A stretch of DNA of 64,000 nucleotides from a virus. The position numbers and the translations under genes were made by a program. The DNA lies in IMG/VR virus record IMGVR_UViG_3300036831_000125, positions 2,515 to 66,514 of that record. One strand, written 5' to 3'. This document shows, piece by piece, positions 62,010-64,000 of the stretch. The notes below the pieces were generated by a model, which had not been told where the DNA came from, made no database searches, and saw only the letters and a program-made list of their open reading frames with translations. The stretch's first letter is position 1. The number at the start of each line of letters is the position of its first letter.

Positions 62010-62288
62010 TCAGCCTTCCTGCTTCGGCACGATGGGCTCGGGCGGCGGTGGGCTCGGCTCGGGAGCTGCCGCATCGGGAGCCGAGTCAGGGATCGGATCG
62101 CTCTGCGCGAAATCCACCGCCACGCATTCCCAGACGCCATGCTGCAGATCCTTTGAACTCGCGATCTCGTGCCCGCGCGCGTAGCCGGCGAGGTTGCAGG
62201 CGGACTCGGAGGAGAAGGGCGTCGGGATGTCCGCGACAGCGTGACCATCGAAGGTCAGCATCAGCGAGATCAAATACCAGATGAGCAT
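62010..62288 (-). CDS. secreted or membrane-anchored small protein
   Basis: Hydrophobic N-terminus, F.SE.AC...C motif, Pro-rich tail. Confidence 0.55.
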   Translation of the reverse strand: MLIWYLISLMLTFDGHAVADIPTPFSSESACNLAGYARGHEIASSKDLQHGVWECVAVDFAQSDPIPDSAPDAAAPEPSPPPPEPIVPKQEG

Positions 62289-62303
62289 GCGGAGCCCTGT
62301 TTA

Positions 62304-62365
62304 AACACATCGAATGAACACATCGAATGAACACATCGAATGAACACATCGAATGAACACATCGA
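62304..62365. repeat. 13-bp tandem repeat (AACACATCGAATG) x4 plus 10 bp
   Basis: Read directly; perfect copies with no spacers. Confidence 0.92.
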
Positions 62366-62394
62366 TCGAGCCCGTTCCGGGCTTGGTCAATCAA

Positions 62395-62739
62395 TTAATG
62401 CATCGGCGCGATCACGCGCAGCAGCACATCGAGGCTCTTGCACGCTGCACTGTAGGCTTCATCTCGCGCCTCGATCGCGCGCTCAGAAAGTTCAACAAAG
62501 CGCAGCGCCTGCCGCTCGAACCGCGCCACCAGGCGATCGCGGAGTTTCACCCAAGCGGAGTCGGCGCTGCGCAGATCGTAGGTTTCAGAGACACGCAAGC
62601 GCTCGGCGGGCGTGAGGGTTTCCCAAAGGTCGGCGGAGTAAAGATCGCGCAGGCGCGAGACGAACACGGAGCTGAGCCCCGTGGCGCGGGGCGTGGGCAC
62701 ATCGAGATCCGATCCAAGATCCGCGCGCTGCAGGCTCAC
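62395..62739 (-). CDS. hypothetical protein
   Basis: GTGA coupling. Confidence 0.55.
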   Translation of the reverse strand: MSLQRADLGSDLDVPTPRATGLSSVFVSRLRDLYSADLWETLTPAERLRVSETYDLRSADSAWVKLRDRLVARFERQALRFVELSERAIEARDEAYSAACKSLDVLLRVIAPMH

Positions 62740-63551
62740 ATCCCTGCCCCTGCGCCGGCACCAGAAGGCTTGCCGCCTGCCGAGGCTGCGCTGCCGCCAG
62801 CAAAGCCGGCGTGGAATTGATCCTCTGCGCTGCCCTCGCCTGATAGTTCAGATTCATGCTGCTTCACGGCTTCGAGCACGCCTTTCAGGAGTTCTCCGAT
62901 GGAGGAGTAAGTGACGCCGCCTTCGCTGCCAGCCGCGCCCTCGTCGCTGCCGCCACCTCCGCCCGCCGCTTCTTCGTCCATGCCCCCCGCCCCGCCCGCT
63001 TCTCCAGCTGCAGGTACTCCGCCAGCGCCTCCGGCCATCGCAGCGCCTTGGCCTTGGCTTTGGCCTTGCGCCGCTGCACCCATCGCTGCACCCGCCCCGC
63101 CAGCTCCAGCGCCTTGCGCGGCTTCTTGCGAATCCTCTTCGCCTTCGCCTTCGCCGGAGTCGGCGCTGGAGTCGCCGGACTCGTCGGACTCTCCGGACTC
63201 GCCTCCGTCGTCATCCTCGTCTCCCATGATCAGCTGATAGGTTCCGTCAGCATTTCGGACGATGGTGCAGACGATGTCGGGCTGGGAGTCGGCGCCGTCG
63301 GCGCTGGCATCTCCGTCACTGTTGTCGGCGTCGTCGCTGTCGTCCGCGCCTTCGCCTTCGCCTTCACCGCCCTCACCCTCTTCGCCTTCACCGCCTTCCG
63401 CGCTCGCGTCGGCGTCTTCGCCTTCGCCCGCGTCGTCCCCGTCCCCTTCGTCTTCGCCTTCGCCTTGGTCTTTTTCGCCCGCGCCGCCATCGCCCTCATC
63501 CTCGTCGTCATCAGGCGGCGGAGTCTTAGCCTTTTTCGCCATCTTTGCCAT
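62736..63551 (-). CDS. highly acidic, Gly-rich, largely disordered protein heading the late operon
   Basis: D/E/G tracts; short structured islands; AEDQFHAGFAGG near the C-terminus; GAAAGG SD. Confidence 0.75.
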   Translation of the reverse strand: MAKMAKKAKTPPPDDDEDEGDGGAGEKDQGEGEDEGDGDDAGEGEDADASAEGGEGEEGEGGEGEGEGADDSDDADNSDGDASADGADSQPDIVCTIVRNADGTYQLIMGDEDDDGGESGESDESGDSSADSGEGEGEEDSQEAAQGAGAGGAGAAMGAAAQGQSQGQGAAMAGGAGGVPAAGEAGGAGGMDEEAAGGGGGSDEGAAGSEGGVTYSSIGELLKGVLEAVKQHESELSGEGSAEDQFHAGFAGGSAASAGGKPSGAGAGAGM

Positions 63552-64000
63552 CGCTGCGGAACCTTTCGATCAGGGCTGCTACAGGGCGGACCTTTGGCAG
63601 CTAAGGGATATGTTGGATTGATCAGTGTACGGAGGAAATGAAAAAGGGGTGAAATTTGATTGCGGTCTAGAATCTGCTTTCATGCCCGGGTGGCCGATCG
63701 CGCCGCGCGGCGTGTGTGGGGGGCGTTAACATTAATGAATCGCGATCTGGCCGTTTTGCTGGGGATTTTCGGAATTCCTGCCGGGCCGGACGCGCGCCCA
63801 GATGCCGGTCCGCGCCACGCCGCGTGCTATCTCGCAGATTTCCCATAATAGAGAATTATACGCGAGATGGGCAGATTGCTGCGATGATGCAATGGCTTAG
63901 GTAAGATGCATAAGCGCTTGGCTATGCGAGATAGCACGCGAACACAACATGTAGCTTGGCGAGGTTAGGTTCGCAGTCGGACGCGAGGTTCGTCAGTGTG

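Noticed and set aside
62304-62365. CRISPR-like array
   Set aside because: 13-bp units are directly adjacent with no spacers and no cas operon; the Cas4-like gene is a typical phage replication-module nuclease
1-64000. Integrase, CI repressor, tRNA, reverse transcriptase/DGR, phage RNA polymerase
   Set aside because: No diagnostic motifs seen; despite the N4-gp56-like capsid there is no virion RNA polymerase, so this is not an N4-like phage

Overview
Most or all of a ~64-kb, GC-rich tailed dsDNA phage genome, probably a podovirus-type phage of a Proteobacterium (host inferred, not shown). No integrase, repressor, tRNA, rRNA, CRISPR array or reverse transcriptase is visible. Layout: (1) 1-7.1 kb, divergent small early genes behind sigma70-like promoters; (2) 7.1-10 kb (-), a ParB/DGQHR-like protein, a candidate replication origin with nested inverted repeats, and a VirE/VapE-type helicase lacking a primase domain; (3) 10.2-23.8 kb (+), replication/recombination genes: NUMOD4-HNH, Cas4/AddB-like nuclease, RecD-like helicase, VWA protein, Sak4-like ATPase, SSB, and a UDG-exonuclease-family A polymerase split into two genes with two small ORFs between them; (4) 23.8-30.6 kb, accessory genes including an adenine MTase, a dNMP kinase and an Acb2/Tad1-like protein; (5) 63.6 to 30.6 kb (-), the late operon: acidic protein, terminase, surface-fibre cluster, portal, scaffold, N4-gp56-like capsid, tail and ejection proteins, lysis cassette and a papain-like protease. 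Best novel leads: the split PolA with duplicated junction sequence; a G-[ILV]-I-N peptide shared by six late proteins, five of them internal/ejection proteins; an AEDxFxxGFAxG peptide shared by the scaffold and a disordered acidic protein (possible capsid cargo-loading signals); and a T9A5 slippery site whose -1 frame fuses two late membrane ORFs. All family assignments come from motif recognition by eye; no database search was run.
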